Translations under genes and position numbers: made by a program
From: a bacterium
GTDB lineage: Bacteria; Patescibacteriota; Minisyncoccia; Phycocordibacterales; UBA918
Length of the DNA stretch: 64,000 bases
Assembly (NCBI GenBank): GCA_043719295.1
Contig: JAYSUD010000001.1
Location: 97,700 to 161,699, forward strand
Direction of reading: 5' to 3'
Part shown: positions 9,806-18,415 of the stretch, in pieces
Numbering within the stretch: the stretch's first letter is position 1
Layout: each line of letters begins with the position of its first letter
Notes under the pieces: model-generated
Seen by the model: the letters and a program-made list of their open reading frames with translations, nothing else
Told to the model about the DNA's origin: nothing
Databases searched by the model: none

Positions 9806-10693
9806 ATGTCACGTATACCAAAAACGCATACTGCTATATTGTCGCTCCGTGAGCGGTTTTACAAAGCATTGCCTGGTAAAGAATCTTTACTCCAAATCAT
9901 TAATGAAATTGAAGTATCTGAGCATGTATACAACTCAAACGCCATAGAAAATAGTACGCTAACTTTAGAAGAAACTGAAAAAATTCTTCAGGAGATTGAT
10001 CTATCTCGATATGTGAGTGAAAGAGAATTATTTGAAGCAAAAAACTTAGCTCTGGTAATGAAGTATATAGAAAAGAAGGCTAAAGTGACTGATCCGTCAA
10101 AAGATGTGCTTCTCCTCCTTCATAAAATGTTGCTAGGTAATATTAAGGAAGATATTGCAGGTCGATTTCGGATGCCAACTGAATGGGTGAAAGTCGGAAA
10201 TTATATAGCTGCAAACCCAGCTGATGTCACAAAATTACTTGATTCGATGTTAATTTGCCTACAAACAAACAATCAGGAAAATATCATAAAACGAATTGCA
10301 GAACTTCATCTCACCTTTGAACACATTCACCCATTTTGCGACGGCAATGGTCGAATTGGACGAGTGCTCAACAACTTCATTTTGCTAAAAGAAGGGTATG
10401 TTCCAATTAATATCGCATTTGCTAATAGAGCTGATTATTATGCAGCGTTCAGAAAATTTGATGCTGATGGTGATGTAAGTCTGATGGAAGTAATTGTAGG
10501 TCGTGCATTAACAAACAGTTATCATAAACGACTTGCGTATCTTGAGGGTAAAAAAATTGTGACGTTAAATGAATTTGCAAAAAGCCACAAGCTCTCCATT
10601 TCGAATTTAATCAATAAAGCTCATCGCCAAACAGTTGAAGCTTTTATTGAAAAGGGTGTCTGGAAAATTGCTGATTCATACAAAGTAAAATAA
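9806..10693 (+). CDS. Fic family protein (AMPylation/adenylyltransferase domain)
   Basis: Canonical Fic motif HPFCDGNGRIGR (HxFx[DE]GNGRxxR). Confidence 0.85.
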   Translation: MSRIPKTHTAILSLRERFYKALPGKESLLQIINEIEVSEHVYNSNAIENSTLTLEETEKILQEIDLSRYVSERELFEAKNLALVMKYIEKKAKVTDPSKDVLLLLHKMLLGNIKEDIAGRFRMPTEWVKVGNYIAANPADVTKLLDSMLICLQTNNQENIIKRIAELHLTFEHIHPFCDGNGRIGRVLNNFILLKEGYVPINIAFANRADYYAAFRKFDADGDVSLMEVIVGRALTNSYHKRLAYLEGKKIVTLNEFAKSHKLSISNLINKAHRQTVEAFIEKGVWKIADSYKVK

Positions 10694-10722
10694 TCTTTAC
10701 CAACCTTGGTAGCTTCCATCAT

Positions 10723-11016
10723 ATGCCCCTCCAACAAACACTTATTTTCATCTTAATCCTCATAAACACTATCTCATTCTTTGTAGTAGCAAACGACAAA
10801 CGGAAGGCAATGCAGAGAGGTGACTCCGAACGCATCCCTGAAGGGCTAATCTTCTTCCTAGCTACTGCCTTCGGCAGTATTGGTGTATACGCCAGCATGC
10901 TCATATTCCGCCACAAAACCCGCAAATGGTACTTTCAGGTGGGTATTCCACTCCTAATTTTGCAAAATATAGCATTGCTGTATCTCATCAATGCTTATTT
11001 TGCATTGTATGTTTAG
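10723..11016 (+). CDS. DUF1294-like small membrane protein
   Basis: 97 aa, three TM segments. A paralogous C-terminal fragment lies at 12102..12266 (FGSIGVYASMLIFRHKTRKWYFQVGIPLLILQN). Confidence 0.55.
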   Translation: MPLQQTLIFILILINTISFFVVANDKRKAMQRGDSERIPEGLIFFLATAFGSIGVYASMLIFRHKTRKWYFQVGIPLLILQNIALLYLINAYFALYV

Positions 11017-11046
11017 TGATTATTTAACTGTAGTATACTGAGCATT

Positions 11047-12048
11047 ATGACTGATCATCCAAAAAACTCACAAATTGTAATTTACAAAACTCCTACTGGT
11101 GAGACTAAAATTGATGTCCGGTTTGATGGTGCTACTGTATGGCTCAGTCTTGAACAAATGGCTGAGTTATTCGGTAAAGCAAAATCAACTATAAACGAGC
11201 ATGTTCTCAATATTTTTACTGAAGGTGAGCTCAAAGAATCCTTAGTTTTACAGAAAATCGGAAATTCCGATTTTCTTGAAAAACCAACAAATTACTACAA
11301 TCTTGATGTCATTATTTCAGTTGGGTATAGGGTAAAGTCACTTCAAGGTACTAGATTTCGACAATGGGCGACAGAGAGACTTTCTGAGTATATTGTAAAA
11401 GGCTTTGTTATTGATAGTGAGCGATTAAAAAATCCAGATGTTCCCTTTGATTATTTCGAAGAATTAGAGCGAACAATTGCTGACATTCGTTCGAGTGAAA
11501 AGAGGTTTTATCGAAAGATAACTGATATTTATGCCACCAGCGTTGATTATGATCCAACTAATGACCATAGTCTACTTTTTTTTAAAACAGTACAAAATAA
11601 AGTTCACTTTGCTATAACTGGTAATACAGCTGCAGAAATCGTCGTCGACAGGATAGACGAGCAAAAACCAAATCTTGGTTTAACCTACACGAGAGGTGTA
11701 AAACCAACAAAAGAAGAAATTTCAATCGCAAAAAATTATTATTCGCAAGAAGAGTTGCTTCAACTCAATGCTTTAGTAGAACAATACTTAGTTTTCGCCA
11801 CAGAACAAGCTCGGCGACGGGTATCGATGACTATGCAGGATTGGATAGATAAATTACATGGTTTTCTGAATCTTAACGAACGGGACATTTTAACCGACGC
11901 TGGAAAAATCTCTCATGAAATGATGATTGAAATTACGAATGAAAAGTTTGATCATTATAAAACTAGACAATCAACTATAGATACTGAGTTTGATGATACA
12001 GTGCTTAAAGTACTAGAACAGATCGGTAAAGATGCTTCAAGTAAATAA
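11047..12048 (+). CDS. Virulence-protein RhuM family protein (COG3943/DinD-like)
   Basis: N-terminal RhuM signature: IVIYKTPTGETKIDVRFDGATVWLSLEQMAELFGK...NEHVLNIFTEGEL...NLDVIISVGYRVKSLQGTRFRQWATERL. Confidence 0.8.
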   Translation: MTDHPKNSQIVIYKTPTGETKIDVRFDGATVWLSLEQMAELFGKAKSTINEHVLNIFTEGELKESLVLQKIGNSDFLEKPTNYYNLDVIISVGYRVKSLQGTRFRQWATERLSEYIVKGFVIDSERLKNPDVPFDYFEELERTIADIRSSEKRFYRKITDIYATSVDYDPTNDHSLLFFKTVQNKVHFAITGNTAAEIVVDRIDEQKPNLGLTYTRGVKPTKEEISIAKNYYSQEELLQLNALVEQYLVFATEQARRRVSMTMQDWIDKLHGFLNLNERDILTDAGKISHEMMIEITNEKFDHYKTRQSTIDTEFDDTVLKVLEQIGKDASSK

Positions 12049-12101
12049 CAAGACAAACGCATATCTACATCCCCCAGCAGCCTAAAACGCACCTAGACAC
12101 A

Positions 12102-12266
12102 CCATTCTTCATGGCCGCCGCCTTCGGCGCCATAGGTGTCTACACCGCCATACTCTTCTTCCGCCACAAAACAAGAAAGTGGTACTTTCAAATAGGGATT
12201 CCGCTCCTTATTATCCAGAACTTAGCCGCCGCCTACACCACATGGCAATTTGTCTTTATAAATTGA
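12102..12266 (+). pseudogene. GC-rich fragment (C-terminal ~55 codons) of a second DUF1294 gene
   Basis: Translation PFFMAAAFGAIGVYTAILFFRHKTRKWYFQIGIPLLIIQNLAAAYTTWQFVFIN* aligns to the C-terminus of the 10723..11016 protein. No plausible N-terminus. Codons are strongly GC3-rich (gccgccgccttcggcgcc), unlike the AT-rich host. Confidence 0.6.
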
Positions 12267-12298
12267 GAAAACAGGGCTTAAGTGCTACTCTTTAAGTA

Positions 12299-14686
12299 AT
12301 GAATCTCTACGAAACGCTCCAGCTTGCCAAAAGTGAGGAAGATGTGAAAGATGCGTACATAAAAGCGCTTGGGCTTAAGACTTTTTCTAAAGGTCTTATT
12401 GATATTCAAACAAAAGAAATTTGGTTTGAAGCAAAAGATAAAAGCAACACTACTACATACAAGATGCTCACGCAGCTCTTGCACTATGTGAAGCAATGGA
12501 TGGAACACGGTGAAGAGATTCCGCCATTTTTGTGTGCGATTGATACCGAAAAAGCAGCAATCATGAAAACTGCAGACGCACTGCCACTGTTTGAACGGAA
12601 GGACATCAAGTGGGGAAAGTCTGCAAGTGACGTTACTCCTGAAGCGCTTGAGGCTGTCTCAACATTTATTGGTACACGTTTTGTCTCCTACCGCATCGCA
12701 ACCCACGAACAGGAGTTTATTGATGCAGTAAAAACAGCAATTAAAAACGGCGACATCATCCGTACTGAAATCAAACCAGCAAACATCAAGTCTGTTTTCG
12801 ACAAGTGGGTAGACATGATTGGAAAAGAGATTGGTGACGTTGCGCCAGAGAAGTACGCACTCCTTTTCTTTGCCGACATCATGCATGACGGCACAGTTTC
12901 AACACATAAAGACCTTCCTGCAGAACTCTTGTACAAAGACGGACAACCTGTGTTTCTTCTTGAGGGTAAACTCTATGAACTTGGGAACAAAGAAGGGTAC
13001 CGTCAGTTCTGGGCAATCTACCATAAACCACCACGAGAAGAGCACCGAAACGCAATGCTCGAACGACGTGACACACTCATTCCGTACGACGAACGGAGTT
13101 TTAAAGGTGCCTACTACACCCCACTTCACGTAGTGGATAAAGCGTACGACAAACTCACTGAAACGCTGGGTGACAATTGGCAAGATGAGTACATTGTGTG
13201 GGATATGTGTTGCGGAGTGGGGAACCTCGAAGTTAAACACTCAAACCACCGTAACCTTTACATGTCGACACTCGACCAAGCAGACATCGACGTAATGAAA
13301 GCAACAAAAACCTGCGCAGCTGCAGAACGTTTTCAATATGACTATTTAAATGATGATATTACTGACGATGGAAAGATTGACTACTCACTTACAAATAAAG
13401 TTCCTGCGGGACTTCGCAAAGCAATAGCCGATGGCAAGAAAATTCTAGTGCTCATAAACCCACCATATGCGGAAGCTGGTGAGGGTATTGGAGAAGGAAA
13501 TAAAGAAAAAGTTGCTAAGACAAAGTTCTCAGCTACTGCAATGGAAAACTGGGGGAAAGCAAGTAATGAATTATTTACGCAATTCGTAGCTCGCATTTCA
13601 CAAGAAATACCAACTGCAACTCTCGCAATGTTCAGTAAATTAAAATATGTTAATGCACCTAATTTTGAAAAATTTAGACAAGCATGGAATTCGGAATACT
13701 TAGATGGATTTATTGTCCATAGTAAAGCATTTGATGGTCTAAAAGGACTATTTCCAATTGGTTTCCTTATCTGGAAAACATATCCTGATTCAAAAGATAA
13801 ATTCGAAATAACTGAAGTTACAACTGATGTTTTAGATAAATATGCTTTACCAATTGGAGCAAAGAAATTCTATAATTTACCCAATGACGCTTTTTTAAAC
13901 AAGTGGTTAGATAGACCAAAACCAAACACTACAGAAGTAGTACCTTTAAAAAACACAGTGTCAGTATCAACTGCTCAAAACACTGTAACTCTTTCAAAAT
14001 GGTCAGATGGGGCAGTTGGGTATTTTTTCTGTGACAGCAATGACTTCCAAAATGCAGCACAGTCAACAGTATTACTTTCTTCTACATATTTTAAAGGGCA
14101 TGGCTTTTATATAACTGAAGATAACTTATGGCAGTCATCGATAATCTTTTCAGTGCGTCGCTTAATTAAACCAACTTGGCAAAACGATCGTGATCAATTC
14201 TTACAACCAACAGGTGAGCTCACTGACGAATTCAAAAATGATTGTCTTATATGGATACTATTTAATGGAAGTAACTTAACAGCAAGTGCAAATGACCTTG
14301 AATGGAACGACAAAAAGTGGTCAATTGTAAATCATTTTATTCCGTACACTGAAAGTGAAGTTGGAGCGCCAGGACGTTTTGAAAGTGACTTTATGGTGGG
14401 GTACATGAAAGACAAAGTGTTTTCAGAGAAAGCACAGGCGGTACTCGCAGATGGGAAGAAGCTTTGGAGTGCATACTTTGAACACACCGACCCACACACC
14501 GTCCGCGAAGAACTCAAGCTCAACCGCCCCGACGTCGGCTGGTACCAAATCCGCAACGCGCTGAAGCGCCGCAACGAAAGTGGCGACTACAACCCCATCT
14601 CATTCACCGAGTTTGAAACCACCTACAAACTCCTCACCGAAAAACTCCGTCCCCAAGTGTATAGTCTTGGTTTCCTAAAAGAATAA
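12299..14686 (+). CDS. Type IIG/IIL restriction-modification enzyme, MmeI-like (fused PD-(D/E)xK endonuclease, N6-adenine methyltransferase and target-recognition domain)
   Basis: N-terminal nuclease motif IDIQTKEIWFEAKDK (D...ExK). gamma-class N6-MTase motifs FKGAYYTPLHVVD (motif I/X region) and LINPPY (motif IV, NPPY). 795 aa, a single polypeptide with no separate S or R gene. Confidence 0.7.
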   Translation: MNLYETLQLAKSEEDVKDAYIKALGLKTFSKGLIDIQTKEIWFEAKDKSNTTTYKMLTQLLHYVKQWMEHGEEIPPFLCAIDTEKAAIMKTADALPLFERKDIKWGKSASDVTPEALEAVSTFIGTRFVSYRIATHEQEFIDAVKTAIKNGDIIRTEIKPANIKSVFDKWVDMIGKEIGDVAPEKYALLFFADIMHDGTVSTHKDLPAELLYKDGQPVFLLEGKLYELGNKEGYRQFWAIYHKPPREEHRNAMLERRDTLIPYDERSFKGAYYTPLHVVDKAYDKLTETLGDNWQDEYIVWDMCCGVGNLEVKHSNHRNLYMSTLDQADIDVMKATKTCAAAERFQYDYLNDDITDDGKIDYSLTNKVPAGLRKAIADGKKILVLINPPYAEAGEGIGEGNKEKVAKTKFSATAMENWGKASNELFTQFVARISQEIPTATLAMFSKLKYVNAPNFEKFRQAWNSEYLDGFIVHSKAFDGLKGLFPIGFLIWKTYPDSKDKFEITEVTTDVLDKYALPIGAKKFYNLPNDAFLNKWLDRPKPNTTEVVPLKNTVSVSTAQNTVTLSKWSDGAVGYFFCDSNDFQNAAQSTVLLSSTYFKGHGFYITEDNLWQSSIIFSVRRLIKPTWQNDRDQFLQPTGELTDEFKNDCLIWILFNGSNLTASANDLEWNDKKWSIVNHFIPYTESEVGAPGRFESDFMVGYMKDKVFSEKAQAVLADGKKLWSAYFEHTDPHTVREELKLNRPDVGWYQIRNALKRRNESGDYNPISFTEFETTYKLLTEKLRPQVYSLGFLKE

Positions 14687-14726
14687 CTTAGTTGACTGCA
14701 AAAATACTAGGCGTATATTATAGAAG

Positions 14727-15053
14727 ATGACAATCTCAAAAAATACACCTCTAAAAGGACAGTTTCGACATATTGTATTTAAAGACAAAGGTGTTTGGTA
14801 TGCAGTTGCACTTGAATTTAATATTGTCGAATCTAGTGATGATCCACGATTGGCGTACTTCAACCTACTACAAGCTGTTGACGGGTATATTGCTGCTATG
14901 CGGAAAATTAAGGGTGCTCGTAATTTCTCGCCCCTCAATCAGCCACCAGCGAAAGAGTACCAAGAGCTGTGGAATCAATTGAATTCTAATAAACCAGTAA
15001 AATCACCTTATCAAGTAAACTCTTTTGGAGTTTCTTCAACTACACATGCCTAA
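14727..15053 (+). CDS. hicB: HicB-like antitoxin (UPF0150/DUF1902 RNase H-like fold)
   Basis: 108 aa; VWYAVALEFNIVESSDDPRLAYFNLLQAVDGYIAA resembles the HicB N-domain. Overlaps the HicA gene immediately downstream. Confidence 0.45.
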   Translation: MTISKNTPLKGQFRHIVFKDKGVWYAVALEFNIVESSDDPRLAYFNLLQAVDGYIAAMRKIKGARNFSPLNQPPAKEYQELWNQLNSNKPVKSPYQVNSFGVSSTTHA

Positions 15054-15273
15054 GAAGTTGCATAATTGGAAGTTTAGAGAGGTTGAGCGTTTTTTAAAGA
15101 ATAATGACTTTGTACTCCATCACACAAATGGTAGTCATTACTATTACATTGGCAACAGTGAGCATCTTGTATGCGTTCCATATCACGGAAGTATTGCAAT
15201 TAAAACACGCACTATGAAAGGAGTAATCACACAATCAGGTATTTCACAAAATGATTGGCTAAAAGATACGTAA
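15046..15273 (+). CDS. hicA: HicA family mRNA interferase toxin
   Basis: MPKKLHNWKFREVERFLKNNDFVLHHTNGSHYYY: YcfA/HicA fold with the GSH motif. Start taken at MPKK; the listed ORF has an 8-codon upstream extension. Confidence 0.65.
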   Translation: MPKKLHNWKFREVERFLKNNDFVLHHTNGSHYYYIGNSEHLVCVPYHGSIAIKTRTMKGVITQSGISQNDWLKDT

Positions 15274-15405
15274 ACTGTACACTTTAAATATAGCTAATAA
15301 GGAAACTCGCAATGCATTTGTTGTAGGAATGTCAGAAGATGACGCAATTGCTCAGATTTCAATGAGTAAGTAGCTTATTTCTGTAAACTTACTGAACTTT
15401 GAAAT

Positions 15406-15446
15406 AATAAATCCCCTAAGTTTATGCTTCTAGGGGATTTATTTGT
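15406..15446. terminator. Bidirectional intrinsic terminator
   Basis: AAATAAATCCCCTAAG-loop-CTAGGGGATTTATTTG, a perfect stem flanked by A/T runs, between the hicA 3' end (+) and the small minus-strand gene. Confidence 0.6.
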
Positions 15447-15447
15447 T

Positions 15448-15570
15448 TTACTTCTTATCTCGTCTCTGTCGAAGAGCAGAAGCAGCTGCTGTTTTTGAGT
15501 TCTTACCAGTACTACCACTTTTCAGTACTTTTGAAGCAGCTTTACCGGCTTTCTTTGATGTTTTTGCCAT
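15448..15570 (-). CDS. Small basic 40-aa protein (unannotated short ORF)
   Basis: MAKTSKKAGKAASKVLKSGSTGKNSKTAAASALRQRRDKK; ATG 15568..15570, TAA 15448..15450. Terminator hairpin immediately 3'. Below the ORF-track size cut-off. Confidence 0.35.
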   Translation of the reverse strand: MAKTSKKAGKAASKVLKSGSTGKNSKTAAASALRQRRDKK

Positions 15571-15705
15571 TGTTTAAACACACGTTTACATCAGTCGACT
15601 TCCACCTTATGTGGCCTGATATTTTCATTATATCACACGCTGACAAGTTAACACTATACACAGTAAACTTGTAAAGATTCAAAAAAAGAGTAGTATACTG
15701 TTCTT

Positions 15706-16431
15706 ATGACTACTTGGATACAAAACAAACGTCAATCAGTAGGTTTATCTCAAACTGAAGTTGCAGAAAGTTTGGGTATTTCTCGACCGACGTATATAAA
15801 ACTTGAACGGGGGATTGCTGAACCTACAGAACACCAGAAGGCAATTCTTGCGAGTCTTTTTGATGTATCACGGGAGACTGTGACAAAAAAATCACTAGAG
15901 ACAGTGGGAGTTTCAAATGCAGTCTATGTAAAGGAAGTGCCTAAGGAGAACGTACAAAAGTTTGAGCAGGTATTACTCTATATAGTGAGTAAAGTGGGAA
16001 GTCGCCCAAATATTGGTCAGACTGCACTCTATAAACTGCTGTATTTTATTGATTTTGATTATTACGAAAAGTATCAGGAATATTTGATTGGCGCTGTGTA
16101 CATTAAAAACACTCATGGTCCAAGTCCTGTGTCGTTTGCTAAGATTGCGCGTAACCTAGAGACGTCGGGGAAACTTGTGTTGGTGCAGAGTAAATACTTT
16201 GGATTTGACCAGAAAAAGTATCTAGTAACCAGCGATACGGTAGTTTCTTATTTAAGTGCGCAGGAGCTTAAACATATTGACGATGAACTAGAACGACTTG
16301 CTTCAAAAAGCGCAAAGGAGCTTTCTGACCTATCACACATTGATACTCCATGGCGTGTTGCAAAGGAAAAGCAAGTTTTAAATTATCGTCATGCATTCTA
16401 TCGACCCGATGAAACTTCTGTAGTTGAATAA
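15706..16431 (+). CDS. XRE-family HTH / Panacea (DUF4065, SocA-like) domain antitoxin
   Basis: N-terminal HTH QSVGLSQTEVAESLGISRPTYIKLERG. C-terminal DUF4065-like core GQTALYKLLYFIDFDYYEKYQEYLIGAVYIKNTHGPSPVSF. Confidence 0.65.
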   Translation: MTTWIQNKRQSVGLSQTEVAESLGISRPTYIKLERGIAEPTEHQKAILASLFDVSRETVTKKSLETVGVSNAVYVKEVPKENVQKFEQVLLYIVSKVGSRPNIGQTALYKLLYFIDFDYYEKYQEYLIGAVYIKNTHGPSPVSFAKIARNLETSGKLVLVQSKYFGFDQKKYLVTSDTVVSYLSAQELKHIDDELERLASKSAKELSDLSHIDTPWRVAKEKQVLNYRHAFYRPDETSVVE

Positions 16432-16777
16432 ATTGTCTATGAGTATGTTTTCAGTGTTGCCAGAATTTGAGAAAGAATTAAAAAAGCTTTCAAAAAAATA
16501 TCCAACATTGCCTTCTGATATTGAAGACATTAAACCTATCCTTGAAGAGACTAAAACAGGAATTGGAAAAAATTTTACGATTATTGCAACTGCTAAAGAT
16601 GTTCAGATTGTAAAAGTGCGAATTTTGTGTGAATCACTCCGCTCAAGAACAGTGCGACTTATCTACGCGTACCATAAAAACAAAATTGAGTTTATGTATA
16701 TCGAGATATATTTTAAAGGTGATACAGAGAATGAAGATAAATCTAGAATTAAAGAATATTTAGAAGGACTCAGTTAG
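16424..16777 (+). CDS. RelE/ParE-superfamily-like toxin (putative partner of the Panacea antitoxin)
   Basis: Overlaps the upstream gene by 8 nt. FEKELKKLSKKYPTLPSDIEDI...RTVRLIYAYHKNKIEFMYIEIYFKGD resembles the RelE/StbE pattern F.K.LKKL...YRiIY...I.Il.Ig.R.D. Confidence 0.45.
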   Translation: MNKLSMSMFSVLPEFEKELKKLSKKYPTLPSDIEDIKPILEETKTGIGKNFTIIATAKDVQIVKVRILCESLRSRTVRLIYAYHKNKIEFMYIEIYFKGDTENEDKSRIKEYLEGLS

Positions 16778-16850
16778 AATGCAACAAATCAACTGCTAAA
16801 ATATAATATACAGGTCTAGTCTCTCTAAGTGTGAAGAAAATAACATAAAA

Positions 16851-17381
16851 CTATTTTTTCACCCCAACAAACTCGTTCAGCATTGCTAAGTATTGATCGG
16901 TGACTTTTTTAGGGATTTTAGGGTGAGTAAATGGTTTGATTACTCCTTTGTTCTTAATGATGGTGTCTACTTGATCAAAATAGAACCCCTGTGGTGTAGC
17001 GATAAATAATGCAGCGTTACGCCATGAACGTTCTATCTCTTTTGCTATTGCGTTCACTTTGCCGTTGGTACGAGTAGCCATGTACTTTATTTCTACAAGT
17101 GTCACATTGTGATTTTCTTCATTTACAATGGCATAGTCGGGAGCTTTACGAACAATCTCTATCATTGCCCGAGCGTCTGCACTTTGTTTCGCTTTTGCAA
17201 GTTGATGTACTACTTTTTCATACCCAAATTCTAGAACGGTATATCCTTTAGTGTTGTGAATCATTTGTTCAAATATAATTTCTGCAATTTTCCCCTTAAT
17301 AAGCTCGTGTGTAAATTTTATGTTGTTCATATACGGTAAGTATACTCCCGACTTCAGACTGGTAATGATACGAATCCCCAC
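16851..17381 (-). CDS. Hypothetical small PD-(D/E)xK nuclease-like protein
   Basis: Ordered motifs E(F)GYE ... APDYAIV ... LVEIKY (PD-x12-ExK). Divergently arranged from the RhuM-Doc gene. An alternative start MNNIKF at 17330 is possible. Confidence 0.4.
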   Translation of the reverse strand: MGIRIITSLKSGVYLPYMNNIKFTHELIKGKIAEIIFEQMIHNTKGYTVLEFGYEKVVHQLAKAKQSADARAMIEIVRKAPDYAIVNEENHNVTLVEIKYMATRTNGKVNAIAKEIERSWRNAALFIATPQGFYFDQVDTIIKNKGVIKPFTHPKIPKKVTDQYLAMLNEFVGVKK

Positions 17382-17406
17382 GTCCTTATCGTGCTACCAT
17401 TAACTC

Positions 17407-18414
17407 ATGATAAAAAAATCTACCAAAACCGAATTGGTTATTTTTAAGGGAAGTAAGGGGCAGGTTAAGCTTCGAGGAGATTTTCATAATGATACGTTGT
17501 GGGCGACACAAGCCGAGATTGCTGAATTATTCGATGTGGATGTTCGAACAATAAATGAGCACCTCAAGAATATCTACCGTACTGAAGAACTGTCAAAAAA
17601 AGCAACTATCCGGAATTTCCGGATAGTTAAAACAGAAGGAAATCGAAACGTCGAGCGTGATGTTTTTCACTATAATTTGGATGCAATAATTTCAACTGGA
17701 TATCGTGTAAATAGCAAAAAAGCTACTCAATTCCGCCAATGGGCAACAAATGTTGTAAAGTTACATATTACTGATGGCTTCACCATCAACAAAAGCCGTA
17801 TCGCCACCAACTATGAGGACTTTATGAAGGCAGTTACCCTTGTAAAGAATCTTGCTCCAAAGAGGAGTAATGTCGATACAGAATCGGTTCTTGAACTTGT
17901 ACAGCTTTTTGCTGACACGTGGTTCTCCCTTGATGCGTATGATAAAGAAGCGCTTGCTCCGGGAAAGGTTAATAAAAAGAAAGTTAAACTGACTTCTGTA
18001 GAATTCTTGGAAAATGTGACTGTACTCAAAGGCGAGCTCATACGAAAAGGAGAAGCTACAGAAAACTTTGCTTTAGAACGCAATCGTGAAGCAGTTGAGG
18101 GTATTATCGGTAACGTGATGCAGAGCTTTGGTGGGAAAGAAGTGTACCCGACAATAGAAGAGAAAGCGGCACACTTGATGTACTTTATCATCAAGAATCA
18201 TCCGTTTGTTGATGGTAACAAACGTACGGGTGCCTATGCATTAGTCTGGTTCTTGCAAAAGATGAAAGTGCTTGATATACATCGTCTATCGCCAACTGCA
18301 CTTACGGCACTCACACTCCTTGTAGCGGAAAGTAATCCAAAAGACAAAGAAAAAGTGGTAGCACTTGTGGTCTTACTGATAGCAGGACCAATACAGAAAA
18401 ATCGGAAGAAGTAA
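17407..18414 (+). CDS. RhuM N-terminal domain fused to a C-terminal Doc/Fic toxin domain
   Basis: N-terminal LWATQAEIAELFDVDVRTINEHLKNIYRTEEL...NLDAIISTGYRVNSKKATQFRQWATN aligns to the RhuM at 11047. C-terminal HPFVDGNKRTG matches the Doc motif HxFx(D/N)GNKR. Confidence 0.75.
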   Translation: MIKKSTKTELVIFKGSKGQVKLRGDFHNDTLWATQAEIAELFDVDVRTINEHLKNIYRTEELSKKATIRNFRIVKTEGNRNVERDVFHYNLDAIISTGYRVNSKKATQFRQWATNVVKLHITDGFTINKSRIATNYEDFMKAVTLVKNLAPKRSNVDTESVLELVQLFADTWFSLDAYDKEALAPGKVNKKKVKLTSVEFLENVTVLKGELIRKGEATENFALERNREAVEGIIGNVMQSFGGKEVYPTIEEKAAHLMYFIIKNHPFVDGNKRTGAYALVWFLQKMKVLDIHRLSPTALTALTLLVAESNPKDKEKVVALVVLLIAGPIQKNRKK

Positions 18415-18415
18415 C

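Noticed and set aside
12659-13596. Antisense and alternative-frame ORFs within the MmeI-like gene (12659..12886, 12688..12936, 12819..13133, 12879..13076, 12899..13240, 13381..13596)
   Set aside because: Embedded in a continuous 795-aa ORF with clear MTase motifs; no independent signals.
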